A program made the translations under genes and the position numbers. From contig OZ024741.1 in assembly GCA_964016885.1 (NCBI GenBank), positions 255,006,001-255,070,000 on the forward strand: 64,000 nucleotides of DNA. Reading direction: 5' to 3'. The notes under the pieces are model-generated. The model saw only the letters and a program-made list of their open reading frames with translations, had not been told where the DNA came from and made no database searches. Numbering within the stretch: position 1 is the first letter of the stretch; each line of letters starts with the position of its first letter. Source of the DNA: Eledone cirrhosa. Taxonomy: Eukaryota. Below, piece by piece: positions 29,701 to 43,345 of this stretch.

Positions 29701-32700
29701 TGTTTCGACTTACGAGTATTTTGACTTAAGGGTGTTTCGACTTACGAGTATTTTTGGCTTACGAGTGTTTCGACTTACGAGTGTTTTGACTTACGAGTGT
29801 TCTGATTTACGGATGTTTCGACATACGAGTGTTTCGACTTACGAGTGTTTCGACTTATGAGTGTTTCGACTTACGAGTGTTTCGGCTTACGAGTGTTTCG
29901 ACTTACGAGTGTTTTGACTTACGGTGTTTCGGCTTACGAGTGTTCCGACTTACGAGTGTTTTGACCTACGGGTGTTTTGACATACGAGTGTTTCGATACG
30001 AGTGTTCTGACTTACGAGTGTTCTGACTTACGAGTGTTCCGACTTACGAGTGTTCCGACTTACGAGTGTTTCGGCTTACGAGTGTTTCCGGCTTACGAGT
30101 GTTTCGACTTACGAGTGTTTTGACCTACGGTGTTTCGGCTTACGAGTGATTCGACTTACGAGTGTTTTGACTTACGGGTGTTTTGACTTACGGGTGTTGT
30201 GAATTACGAGTGTTCCGATTTACGAGTGTTTTGACTTACGGTGTTTCGGCTTACGAGTGATTCGACTTACGAATGTTTTGACTTACGGGTGTTTCGGCTT
30301 GCGAGTGTTTCGACTTACGAATGTTTCGGCTTATGAGTGTTTCGACTTACTAATGTTTTTACTTACGAGTGTTCTGACTTACGAGTGTTCCGACTTACGA
30401 GTGTTCCGACTTACGAGTGTTTCGGCTTACGAGTGTTTCCGGCTTACGAGTGTTTCGACTTACGAGTGTTTCGACTTACGAGTGTTTTGACTTACGGTGT
30501 TTCGACTTACGAGTGATTCGACTTACGGGTGTTTTGACTTTCGGGTGTTTCGGCTTACGAGTGTTTTGACTTAAGGGTGTTTCGACTTACGAGTATTTTT
30601 GGCTTACGAGTGTTTCGACTTACGAGTGTTTTGACTTACGAGTGTTCTGATTTAAGGATGTTTCGACATACGAGTGTTTCGACTTACGAGTGTTTCGACT
30701 TATGAGTGTCTCGACTTACGAGTGTTTCGACTTACGAGTGTTTCGGCTTATGATTGTTTCGACTTACGAGTGTTTTGACTTACGGTGTTTCAGCTTACGA
30801 GTGTTTCGACTTACGAGTGTTTTGACTTACGGGTGTTTTGACATACGAGTGTTTCGATACGAGTGTTCTGACTTACGAGTGTTCTGACTTACGAGTGTTC
30901 CGACTTACGAGTGTTCCGACTTACGAGTGTTTCGGCTTACGAGTGTTTCCGGCTTACGAGTGTTTCGACTTACGAGTGTTTTGACTTACGGTGTTTCGGC
31001 TTACGAGTGATTCGACTTACGAGTGTTTTGACTTACGGGTGTTTTGACTTACGGGTGTTGTGAATTACGAGTGTTCCGATTTACGAGTGTTTTGACTTAC
31101 GGTGTTTCGGCTTACGAGTGATTCGACTTACGAATGTTTTGACTTACGGGTGTTTCGGCTTGCGAGTGTTTCGACTTACGAGTGTTTCGGCTTATGAGTG
31201 TTTCGACTTACTAATGTTTTTACTTACGAGTGTTCTGACTTACGAGTGTTCCGACTTACGAGTGTTCCGACTTACGTGTGTTTCGGCTTACGAGTGTTTC
31301 CGGCTTACGAGTGTTTCGACTTACGAGTGTTTCGACTTACGAGTGTTTTGACTTACGGTGTTTCGACTTACGAGTGATTCGACTTACGAGTGGTTTGACT
31401 TACGGGTGTTTTGACTTACGGGTGTTGTGAATTACGAGTGTTCCGATTTACGAGTGTTTTGACTTACGGTGTTTCGGCTTACGAGTGATTCGACATACGA
31501 GTGTTTCGATACGAGTGTTTCGACTTACGAGTGTTTCGGCTTGCGGGTGTTTCGACTTACTAATGTTTTTACTTACGAGTTTTTCGGCGTACGAGTGTTT
31601 CGACTTACGAGTGTTTCGACTTACGGGTGTTTTGACTTAAGGGTGTTTCGACTTACAAGTGTTTCGACATACGAGTGTTCTGACTTACGAGTGTTCTGAC
31701 TTACGAGTGTTCTGATTTACGAGTGTTCCGACTTACGAGTGTTTCGGCTAACGAGTGTTTCGGCTTACGAGTGTTTCGACTTACGGGTGTTTTGACATAC
31801 GAGTGTTTCGATACGAGTGTTTCGACTTACGAGTGTTCTGACTTACGAGTGTTCTGACTTACGAGTGTTCTGATTTACGAGTGTTCCGACTTACGAGTGT
31901 TTCGGCTTACGAGTGTTTCGGCTTACGAGTGTTTCGACTTACGAGTGTTTCGACTTACGAGTGTTCCGACTTACGGGTGTTTCGACTTACGAGTGGTTTG
32001 GCTTACGGTGTTTCGGCTTACGAGTGTTTCGAGTTACGAGTGTTTTGACTTACGCGTGTTTTGACATACGAGTGTTTCGATACGAGTGTTCTGACTTACG
32101 AGTGTTCTGACTTACGAGTGTTCTGACTTACGAGTGTTCCGACTTTACGAGTGTTTCGGCTCACGAGTGTTTCGGCTTACGAGTGATTCGACTTACGAGT
32201 GTTTTGACTTACGGGTGTTTTGACTTACGGGTGATGTGAATTACCAGTGTTCCGATTTACGAGTGTTTTGACTTACGGTGTTTCGGCTTGCGAGTGTTTC
32301 GACTTACGAGTGTTTCGGCTTATGAGTGTTTCGACATACTAATGTTTTTACTTACGAGTGTTTCGGCGTTCGAGTGTTTTGACTTACGAGTGTTTCGACT
32401 TACGAGTGTTTTGACTTACGAATGTTTTGACTTACGGGTGTTTCGGCTTACGGGTGTTTCGACTTACGAGTGTTTCGACTTATGAGTGTTTCGACTTACG
32501 AGTGTTCTGACTTACGAGTGTTCCGACTTACGAGTGTTTCGGTTTACGAGTGTTTCGACATACGAGTGTTTTGACTTACGGGCGTTTCGACTTACGGGTG
32601 TTTCGACTTACGAGTGTTTCGGCTTACGAGTGTTTCGACTTACTAATGTTTTTACTTACGAGTGTTTCGGTGTACGAATGTTTTGACTTAAGGATGTTTC

Positions 32701-35700
32701 GACTTACGAGTGTTTCGACTTACGAGTGTTTCGGCTTACGTGAGTTTCGACTTAAGAGTGTTCTGATTTACGAGTGTTCTGACTTGCGGGTGTTCTGATT
32801 TACGAGTGTTCCGACTTACGAATGTTTCGGCTTACGAGTGTTTCGACATACGAGTGTTTTGACTTACGGGTGTTTCGACTTACGAGTGTTTTGACTTACG
32901 AATGTTTTGACTTACGGGTGATTCGGCTTACGAGTGTTTCGACTTACGAGTGTTTCGGCTTACGAGTGTTTCGACTTACTAATGTTTTTACTTACGAGTG
33001 TTTCGGCGTACGAGAGTTATGACTTACGAGTGTTTCGACTTACGAGTGTTTTGACTTACGAATGTTTTGACTTACGGGTGTTTCGGCTTATGAGTGTTTC
33101 GACTTACGAGTCTTTCGGCTTACGAGTGTTTCGACTTACTAATGTTTTTACTTACGAGTGTTTCGGCGTACGAGTGTTTCGACTTACGAGTGTTTCGACT
33201 TACGGGTGTTTTGACTTACGGGTGTTTCGGCTTACGAGTGTTTCGACTTACGAGTATTTTGACTTAAGGGTGTTTCGACTTACGAGTATTTTTGGCTTAC
33301 GAGTGTTTCGACTTACGAGTGTTTTGACTTACGAGTGTTCTGATTTACGGATGTTTCGACATACGAGTGTTTCGACTTACGAGTGTTTCGACTTATGAGT
33401 GTTTCGACTTACGAGTGTTTCGGCTTACGAGTGTTTCGACTTACGAGTGTTTTGACTTACGGTGTTTCGGCTTACGAGTGTTCCGACTTACGAGTGTTTT
33501 GACCTACGGGTGTTTTGACATACGAGTGTTTCGATACGAGTGTTCTGACTTACGAGTGTTCTGACTTACGAGTGTTTTGACTTACGAGTGTTCTGACTTA
33601 CGAGTGTTCCGAATAACGAGTGTTCCGACTTACGAGTGTTTCGGCTTACGAGTGTTTCCGGCTTACGAGTGTTTCGACTTCCGAGTGTTTTGACTTACGG
33701 TGTTTCGGCTTACGAGTGATTCGACTTACGAGTGTTTTGAATTACGGGTGATTTGACTTACGGGTGTTGTGAATTACGAGTGTTCCGATTTACGAGTGTT
33801 TTGACTTACGGTCTTTCGGCTTACGAGTGATTCGACTTACGAATGTTTTGACTTACGGGTGTTTCGGCTTGCGAGTGTTTCGACTTACGAGTGTTTCGGC
33901 TTATGGGTGTTTCGACTTACTAATGTTTTTACTTACGAGTGTTTCGGCGTACGAGTGTTTTGATTTACGAGTGTTTCGACTTACGAGTGTTTCGACTTAC
34001 GAGTGTTTCGACTTACGTGAGTTTCGACTTAAGAGTGTTCTGATTTACGAGTGTTCTGACTTACGGGTGTTCTGATTTACGAGTGTTCCGACTTACGAGT
34101 GTTTCGGCTTATGAGTGTTTCGACTTACGAGTGTTTCGGCTTACGAGTGTTTCGACTTATGGGTGTTTCGACTTACGAGTGTTTTTACTTACGGTGTTTC
34201 GGCTTACGAGTGTTTCGACTTCCGAGTGTTTTGACTTACGGTGTTTCGGCTTACGAGTGATTCGACTTACGAGAGTTTTGACTTACGGGTGTTTTGACTT
34301 ACGGGTGTTGTGAATTACGAGTGTTCCGATTTACGAGTGTTTTGACTTACGGTGTTTCGGCTTACGAGTGATTCGACTTACGAATGTTTTGACTTACGGG
34401 TGTTTCGGCTTGCGAGTGTTTCGACTTACGAGTGTTTCGGCTTATAAGTGTTTCGACTTACTAATGTTTTTACTTACGAGTGTTTCGGCGTACGAGTGTT
34501 TTGACTTACGAGTGTTTCGATTTACGAGTGTTTCGGCTTGCGAGTGTTTCGACTTACTAATGTTTTTACTTACGAGTGTTTCGGCGTACGAGTGTTTTGA
34601 CTTACGAGTGTTTCGACTTACGAGTGTTTCGACTTACGAGTGTTTCGACTTACGAGTGTTTCGGCTTACGTGAGTTTCGACTTAAGAGTGTTCTGATTTA
34701 CGAGTGTTCTGACTTGCGGGTGTTCTGATTTACGAGTGTTCCGACTTACGAGTGTTTCGGCTTATGAGTGTTTCGACTTACGAGTGTTTCGGCTTACGAG
34801 TGTTTCGACTTATGGGTGTTTCGACTTACGAGTGTTTTTACTTACGGTGTTTCGGCTTACGAGTGTTTCGACATACGAGTGTTTTGACTTACGGGTGTTT
34901 CGACTTACGAGTGTTTTGACTTACGAATGTTTTGACTTACGGGTGTTTCGGCTTACGAGTGTTTCGACTTACGAGTGTTTCGGCTTACGAGTGTTTCGAC
35001 TTACTAATGTTCTTACTTACGAGTGTTTCGGCGTACGAGAGTTTTGACTTACGAGTGTTTCGACTTACGAGTGTTTCGACTTACGAGTGTTTTGACTTAC
35101 GAATGTTTTGACTTACGGGTGTTTCGGCTTACGAGTGTTTCGACTTACGAGTCTTTCGGCTTACGAGTGTTTCGACTTACTAATATTTTTACTTACGAGT
35201 GTTTCGGCGTACGAGTGTTTCGACTTACGAGTGTTTCGACTTACGGGTGTTTTGACTTACGGGTGTTTCGGCTTACGAGTGTTTTGACTTACGAGTGTTT
35301 TGACTTAAGGGTGTTTCAACATACGAGTATTTTTGGCTTACGAGTGTTTCGACTTACGAGTGTTTTGACTTACGAGTGTTCTGATTTACGGATGTTTCGA
35401 CATACGAGTGTTTCGACTTACGAGTGTTTCGACTTATGAGTGTTTCGACTTACGAGTGTTTCGGCTTATGAGTGTTTCGACTTACGAGTATTTCGGCTTA
35501 CGAGTGTTTCGACGTACGAATGTTTTGGCTTACGAGTGTTTCGGCTTATGAGTGTTTCGGCTTACGAGTGTTTCGACTTACGAGTGTTTCGGCTTACGAG
35601 TGTTTCAGTGTTTCGGCTTACGTGTGTTTCGACTTACGAGTGTTTCGACTTACGACTGTTTCGGCTTACGAGTGTTTCGGCTTACGAGTGTTTCGGCTTA

Positions 35701-37500
35701 CGAGTGTTTTGACTTACGTGTGTTTTGACTTACGATTGTTTGGCTTACGAGTCTTCTGACTTACGTGTGTTCTGACTTTCGAGTGTTCCGACTTACGAGT
35801 GTTTCGGCTTATGAGGGTTTCGACTTACAAGTGCTTCGGCTTACGAGTGTTTCGACTTACGAGCGTTTCGGCTTACGAGTGTTTCGACTTACGAGTGTTT
35901 CGACTTACGAGTGTTTTGACTTACGGTGTTTCGGCTTACGAGTGTTTCGACATACGAGTGTTTTGACGTACGGATGTTTCGACTTACGGGTCTTTCGACT
36001 TAAGAGTGTTTCGACTTACGAGCGCTTCGACTTACGAGTGTTTCGACTTACGAGTGTTTCGGCGTATGAGTGTTTTGACTTACGAGTGTTTCGACTTACG
36101 AGTGTTTCGACTTACGAGTGTTTCGAATTACGAGTGTTTCGACTTACGAGTGTTTTGACTTACGAGTGTTTTGACTTACGGTGTTTCTGCTTACGAGTGT
36201 TTCGACTTACGAGTGTTATGACTTACGGGTGTTTTGACATACGAGTGTTTCGACTTACGAGTGTTTTGACTTACGGGTGTTTTGACATACGAGTGTTTCG
36301 ATACGAGTGTTCTGACTTACGAGTGTTCTGACTTACAAGTGTTCTGACTTACGATTGTTTCGACATACGAGTGTTTCGACTTACTAATGTTTTTACTTAC
36401 GAGTGTTTCGGCGTACGAGAGTTTTGACTTACGAGTGTTTCGACTTACGAGTGTTTCGACTTACGAGTATTTTGACTTACGAATGTTTTGACTTACGGGT
36501 GTTTCGGCTTACGAGTGTTTCGACTTACGAGTGTTTCGGCTTACGAGTGTTTCGACTTACTAATGTTTTTACTTACGAGTGTTTCGGCGTACGAGTGTTT
36601 CGACTTCCGAGTGTTTCGACTTACGGGTGTTTTGACTTTCGGGTGTTTCGGCTTACGAGTGTTTTGACTTACGAGTGTTTTGACTTAAGGGTGTTTCGAC
36701 TTACGAGTATTTTTGGCTTACGAGTGTTTCGACTTACGAGTGTTTTGACTTACGAGTGTTCTGATTTAAGGATGTTTCGACATACGAGTGTTTCGACATA
36801 CGAGTGTTTCGACTTACGAGTGTTTCGACTTACGAGTGTTTCGGCTTATGATTGTTTCGACTTACGAGTGTTTTGACTTACGGTGTTTCAGCTTACGAGT
36901 GTTTCGACTTACGAGTGTTTTGACTTACGGGTGTTTTGACATACGAGTGTTTCGATACGAGTGTTCTGACTTACGAGTGTTCTGACTTACGAGTGTTCCG
37001 ACTTACGAGTGTTCCGACTTACGAGTGTTTCGGCTTACGAGTGTTTCCGGCTTACGAGTGTTTCGACTTACGAGTGTTTTGACTTACGGTGTTTCGGCTT
37101 ACGAGTGATTCGACTTACGAGTGTTTTGACTTACGGGTGTTTTGACTTACGGGTGTTGTGAATTACGAGTGTTCCGATTTACGAGTGTTTTGACTTACGG
37201 TGTTTCGGCTTACGAGTGATTCGACTTACGAATGTTTTGACTTACGGGTGTTTCGGCTTGCGAGTGTTTCGACTTACGAGTGTTTCGGCTTATGAGTGTT
37301 TCGACTTACTAATGTTTTTACTTACGAGTGTTCTGACTTACGAGTGTTCCGACTTACGAGTGTTCCGACTTACGAGTGTTTCGGCTTACGAGTGTTTCCG
37401 GCTTACGAGTGTTTCGACTTACGAGTGTTTCGACTTACGAGTGTTTTGACTTAAGGTGTTTCGACTTACGAGTGATTCGACTTACGAGTGGTTTGACTTA
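20800..37500 (+). repeat. Higher-order repeat with a 9446-bp offset (~20.8-28.1 kb vs ~30.2-37.5 kb)
   Basis: Matching variant strings at 20811/30257, 21244/30690, 22842/32288, 23040/32486, 26319/35765 and 26957/36403 (all 9446). The offset becomes 9430 at 27786/37216 (one monomer lost). Confidence 0.9.
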
Positions 37501-40500
37501 CGGGTGTTTTGACTTACGGGTGTTGTGAATTACGAGTGTTCCGATTTACGAGTGTTTTGACTTACGGTGTTTCGGCTTACGAGTGATTCGACTTACGAAT
37601 GTTTTGACTTACGGGTGTTTCGGCTTGCTAGTGTTTCGACTTACGAGTGTTTCGGCTTATGAGTGTTTCGACTTACTACTGTTTTTACTTACGAGTGTTT
37701 CGGCGTACGAGTGTTTTGACTTACGAGTGTTTCGAATTACGAGTGTTTTGACTTACGAATGTTTTGACATACGGGTGTTTCGACTTACGAGTGTTTCGAC
37801 TTACGAGTGTTTCGGCTTGCGAGTGTTTCGACTTACTAATGTTTTTACTTACGAGTTTTTCGGCGTACGAGTGTTTCGACTTACGAGTGTTTCGACTTAC
37901 GGGTGTTTTGACTTAAGGGTGTTTCGACTTACAAGTGCTTCGACATACGAGTGTTTCGACTTACGAGTGTTTCGACTTACGAGTGTTTTGACTTACGGGT
38001 GTTTTGACATACGAGTGTTTCGATACGAGTGTTTCGACTTACGAGTGTTCTGACTTACGAGTGTTCTGACTTACGAGTGTTCTGATTTACGAGTGGTCCG
38101 ACTTACGAGTGTTTCGGCTAACGAGTGTTTCGGCTTACGAGTGTTTCGACTTACGGGTGTTTTGACATACGAGTGTTTCTATACGAGTGTTTCGACTTAC
38201 GAGTGTTCTGACTTACGAGTGTTCTGACTTACGAGTGTTCTGATTTACGAGTGTTCCGACTTACGAGTGTTTCGGCTTACGAGTGTTTCGGCTTACGAGT
38301 GTTTCGACTTACGAGTGTTTCGACTTACGAGTGTTCCGACTTACGGGTGTTTCGACTTACGAGTGGTTTGGCTTACGGTGTTTCGGCTTACGAGTGTTTC
38401 GAGTTACGAGTGTTTTGACTTACGCGTGTTTTGACATACGAGTGTTTCGATACGAGTGTTCTGACTTACGAGTGTTCTGACTTACGAGTGTTCTGACTTA
38501 CGAGTGTTCCGACTTTACGAGTGTTTCGGCTCACGAGTGTTTCGGCTTACGAGTGATTCGACTTACGAGTGTTTTGACTTACGGGTGTTTCGGCTTGCGA
38601 GTGTTTCGACTTACGAGTGTTTCGGCTTATGAGTGTTTCGACTTACTAATGTTTTTACTTACGAGTGTTTCGGCGTTCGAGTGTTTTGACTTACGAGTGT
38701 TTCGACTTACGAGTGTTTTGACTTACGAATGTTTTGACTTACGGGTGTTTCGGCTTACGGGTGTTTCGACTTACGAGTGTTTCGACTTACTAATGTTTTT
38801 ACTTACGAGTGTTTCGGTGTACGAATGTTTTGACTTAAGGATGTTTCGACTTACGAGTGTTTCGACTTACGAGTGTTTCGGCTTACGTGAGTTTCGACTT
38901 AAGAGTGTTCTGATTTACGAGTGTTCTGACTTGCGGGTGTTCTGATTTACGAGTGTTCCGACTTACGAATGTTTCGGCTTACGAGTGTTTCGACATACGA
39001 GTGTTTTGACTTACGGGTGTTTCGACTTACGAGTGTTTTGACTTACGAATGTTTTGACTTACGGGTGATTCGGCTTACGAGTGTTTCGACTTACGAGTGT
39101 TTCGGCTTACGTGTGTTTCGACTTACTAATGTTTTTACTTACGAGTGTTTCGGCGTACGAGAGTTATGACTTACGAGTGTTTCGACTTACGAGTGTTTTG
39201 ACTTACGAATGTTTTGACTTACGGGTGTTTCGGCTTATGAGTGTTTCGACTTACGAGTCTTTCGGCTTACGAGTGTTTCGACTTACTAATGTTTTTACTT
39301 ACGAGTGTTTCGGCGTACGAGTGTTTCGACTTACGAGTGTTTCGACTTACGGGTGTTTTGACTTACGGGTGTTTCGGCTTACGAGTGTTTCGACGTACGA
39401 GTATTTTGACTTAAGGGTGTTTCGACTTACGAGTATTTTTGGCTTACGAGTGTTTCGACTTACGAGTGTTTTGACTTACGGTGTTTCGGCTTACGAGTGT
39501 TCCGACTTACGAGTGTTTTGACTTACGGGTGTTTTGACATACGAGTGTTTCGATACGAGTGTTCTGACTTACGAGTGTTCTGACTTACGAGTGTTTTGAC
39601 TTACGAGTGTTCTGACTTACGAGTGTTCCGAATAACGAGTGTTCCGACTTACGAGTGTTTCGGCTTACGAGTGTTTCCGGCTTACGAGTGTTTCGACTTC
39701 CGAGTGTTTTGACTTACGGTGTTTCGGCTTACGAGTGATTCGACTTACGAGTGTTTTGAATTACGGGTGATTTGACTTACGGGTGTTGTGAATTACGAGT
39801 GTTCCGATTTACGAGTGTTTTGACTTACGGTCTTTCGGCTTACGAGTGATTCGACTTACGAATGTTTTGACTTACGGGTGTTTCGGCTTGCGAGTGTTTC
39901 GACTTACGAGTGTTTCGGCTTATGGGTGTTTCGACTTACTAATGTTTTTACTTACGAGTGTTTCGGCGTACGAGTGTTTTGATTTACGAGTGTTTCGACT
40001 TACGAGTGTTTCGACTTACGAGTGTTTCGACTTACGTGAGTTTCGACTTAAGAGTGTTCTGATTTACGAGTGTTCTGACTTACGGGTGTTCTGATTTACG
40101 AGTGTTCCGACTTACGAGTGTTTCGGCTTATGAGTGTTTCGACTTACGAGTGTTTCGGCTTACGAGTGTTTCGACTTATGGGTGTTTCGACTTACGAGTG
40201 TTTTTACTTACGGTGTTTCGGCTTACGAGTGTTTCGACATACGAGTGTTTTGACTTACGGGTGTTTCGATTTACGAGTGTTTTGACTTACGAATGTTTTG
40301 ACTTACGGGTGTTTCGGCTTACGAGTGTTCCGACTTACGAGTGTTTCGGCTTACGAGTGTTTCGACTTACTAATGTTCTTACTTACGAGTGTTTCGGCGT
40401 ACGAGAGTTTTGACTTACGAGTGTTTCGACTTACGAGTGTTTTGACTCACGAATGTTTTGACTTACGGGTGTTTCGGCTTACGAGTGTTTCGACTTACGA

Positions 40501-42685
40501 GTCTTTCGGCTTACGAGTGTTTCGACTTACTAATGTTCTTACTTACGAGTGTTTCGGCGTACGAGAGTTTTGACTTACGAGTGTTTCAACTTACGAGTGT
40601 TTCGACTTACGAGTGTTTCGACTTACGGGTGTTTTGACTTACGGGTGTTTCGGCTTACGAGAGTTTTGACTTACGAGTGTTTTGACTTAAGGGTGTTTCG
40701 ACTTACGAGTATTTTTGGCTTACGAGTGTTTCGACTTACGAGTGTTTCGGCTTATGAGTGTTTCGACTTACGAGTGTTTTGACTTACGGTGTTTCGGCTT
40801 ACGAGTGTTTCGACTTACGAGTGTTTTGACTTACGGGTGTTTTGACATACGAGTGTTTCGATACGAGTGTTCTGACTTACGAGTGTTCCGACTTACGAGT
40901 GTTCCGACTTACGAGTGTTTCGGCTTACGAGTGTTTCCGGCTTACGAGTGTTTCGACTTACGAGTGTTTTGACTTACGGTGTTTCGGCTTACGAGTGATT
41001 CGACTTACGAGAGTTTTGACTTACGGGTGTTTTGACTTACGGGTGTTGTGAATTACGAGTGTTCCGATTTACGAGTGTTTTGACTTACGGTGTTTCGGCT
41101 TACGAGTGATTCGACTTACGAATGTTTTGACTTACGGGTGTTTCGGCTTACGAGTGTTTCGACTTACGAGTGTTTCGGCTTATGAGTGTTTCGACTTACT
41201 AATGTTTTTACTTACGAGTGTTTCGGCGTACGAGTGTTTTGACTTACGAGTGTTTCGATTTACGAGTGTTTCGGCTTGCGAGTGTTTCGACTTACTAATG
41301 TTTTTACTTACGAGTGTTTCGGCGTACGAGTGTTTCGACTTACGAGTGTTTCGACTTACGGGTGTTTTGACTTACGGGTGTTTCGGCTTACGAGTGTTTC
41401 GACTTACGAGTGTTTTGACTTAAGGGTGTTTCGGCTTACGTGAGTTTCGACTTAAGAGTGTTCTGATTTACGAGTGTTCTGACTTGCGGGTGTTCTGATT
41501 TACGAGTGTTCCGACTTACGAGTGTTTTGACTTACGAGTGTTTTGACTTACGAATGTTTTGACTTACGGGTGTTTCGGCTTACGAGTATTTCGACTTACG
41601 AGTGTTTCGGCTTACGAGTGTTTCGACTTACTAATGTTCTTACTTACGAGTGTTTCGGCGTACGAGAGTTTTGACTTACGAGTGTTTCGACTTACGAGTG
41701 TTTCGACTTACGAGTGTTTTGACTTACGAATGTTTTGACTTACGGGTGTTTCGGCTTACGAGTGTTTCGACTTACGAGTGTTTTGACTTACGGTGTTTCG
41801 GCTTACGAGTAATTCGACTTACGAGAGTTTTGACTTACGGGTGTTTTGACTTACGGGTGTTGTGAATTACGAGTGTTCCGATTTACGAGTGTTTTGACTT
41901 ACGGTGTTTCGGCTTACGAGTGATTCGACTTACGAATATTTTGACTTACGGGTGTTTCGGCTTGCGAGTGTTTCGACTTACGAGTGTTTCGGCTTATGAG
42001 TGTTTCGACTTACTAATGTTTTTACTTACGAGTGTTTCGGCGTACGAGTGTTTTGACTTACGAGTGTTTCGATTTACGAGTGTTTCAGCTTGCGAGTGTT
42101 TCGACTTACGAGTGTTTTGACTTACGAATGTTTTGACTTACGGGTGTTTCGGCTTACGAGTGTTTCGACTTACGAGTCTTTCGGCTTACGAGTGTTTCGA
42201 CTTACTAATGTTTTTACTTACGAGTGTTTCGGCGTACGTGTGTTTCGACTTACGAGTGTTTCGACTTACGGGTGTTTTGACTTACGGGTGTTTCGGCTTA
42301 CGAGTGTTTTGACTTACGAGTGTTTTGACTTAAGGGTGTTTCGACTTACGAGTATTTTTGGCTTACGAGTGTTTCGACTTACGAGTGTTTTGACTTACGA
42401 GTGTTCTGATTTACGGATGTTTCGACATACGAGTGTTTCGACTTACGAGTGTTACGACTTATGAGTGTTTCGACTTACGAGTGTTTCGACTTACGAGTGT
42501 TTCGGCTTATGAGTGTTTCGACTTACGAGTGTTTTGACTTACGGTGTTTCGGCTTACGAGTGTTTCGACTTACGAGTGTTTTGAGTTACGGGTGTTTTGA
42601 CATACGAGTGTTTCGATACGAGTGTTCTGACTTACGAGTGTTCTGACTTACGAGTGTTTCGGCTTACGAGTGATTCGACTTACGA

Positions 42686-42753
42686 AAATAACAAATAGAC
42701 GCGGTTTTAAATCTCTATGTTTTCAAATTCATTACATTAATCTTTATTTATAC
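42686..42753. other. 68-bp AT-rich cassette, copy 2
   Basis: Same cassette with ggttttaaat and a 1-bp deletion (tatgttttc). Confidence 0.95.
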
Positions 42754-43276
42754 GTTTCGCTTTACGAGTGTTTCGACTTACGAGTCTTTCGACATACGAG
42801 TGTTTCAGCTTACGAGTGTTTTGATTTACGAGTGTTTTGACTTACGGGTGTTTCGACTTACGCGTGTTTCGACTTATGAGTGTTTCGGCTTACGAGTGTT
42901 TCGACTTACGAGTGTTCTGACTACGAGTGTTCTGACTTACGGGTGTTCTGACTTACGAGTGTTCCGACTTACGAGTGTTTCGGCTTAAGAGTGTTTCGAC
43001 TTACGAGTGCTTCGACTTACGAGTGTTTCGGCTTACGGGTGTTTCGACTTACGAATGTTTTTGCTTACGAGTGTTTCGGCTTACGAGTGTTTCGGCTTAT
43101 GAGTGTTTCGACTTACGGGTGTTTTGACTTACGGGTGTTTTGACATACGAGTGTTTCGATACGAGTGTTCTGACTTACGAGTGTTCTGACTTACGAGTGT
43201 TCTGACTTACGAGTGTTCTGACTTACGGGTGTTCTGACTTACGAGTGTTTCGGCTTACGAGTGATTCGACTTACGA

Positions 43277-43345
43277 AAATAACAAATAGACGCGGTTTCA
43301 AATCTCTATGCTTTTCAAATTCATTACATTAATCTTTATTTATAC
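43277..43345. other. 69-bp AT-rich cassette, copy 3
   Basis: Same cassette, tatgcttttc variant, 591 bp after copy 2. Confidence 0.95.
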
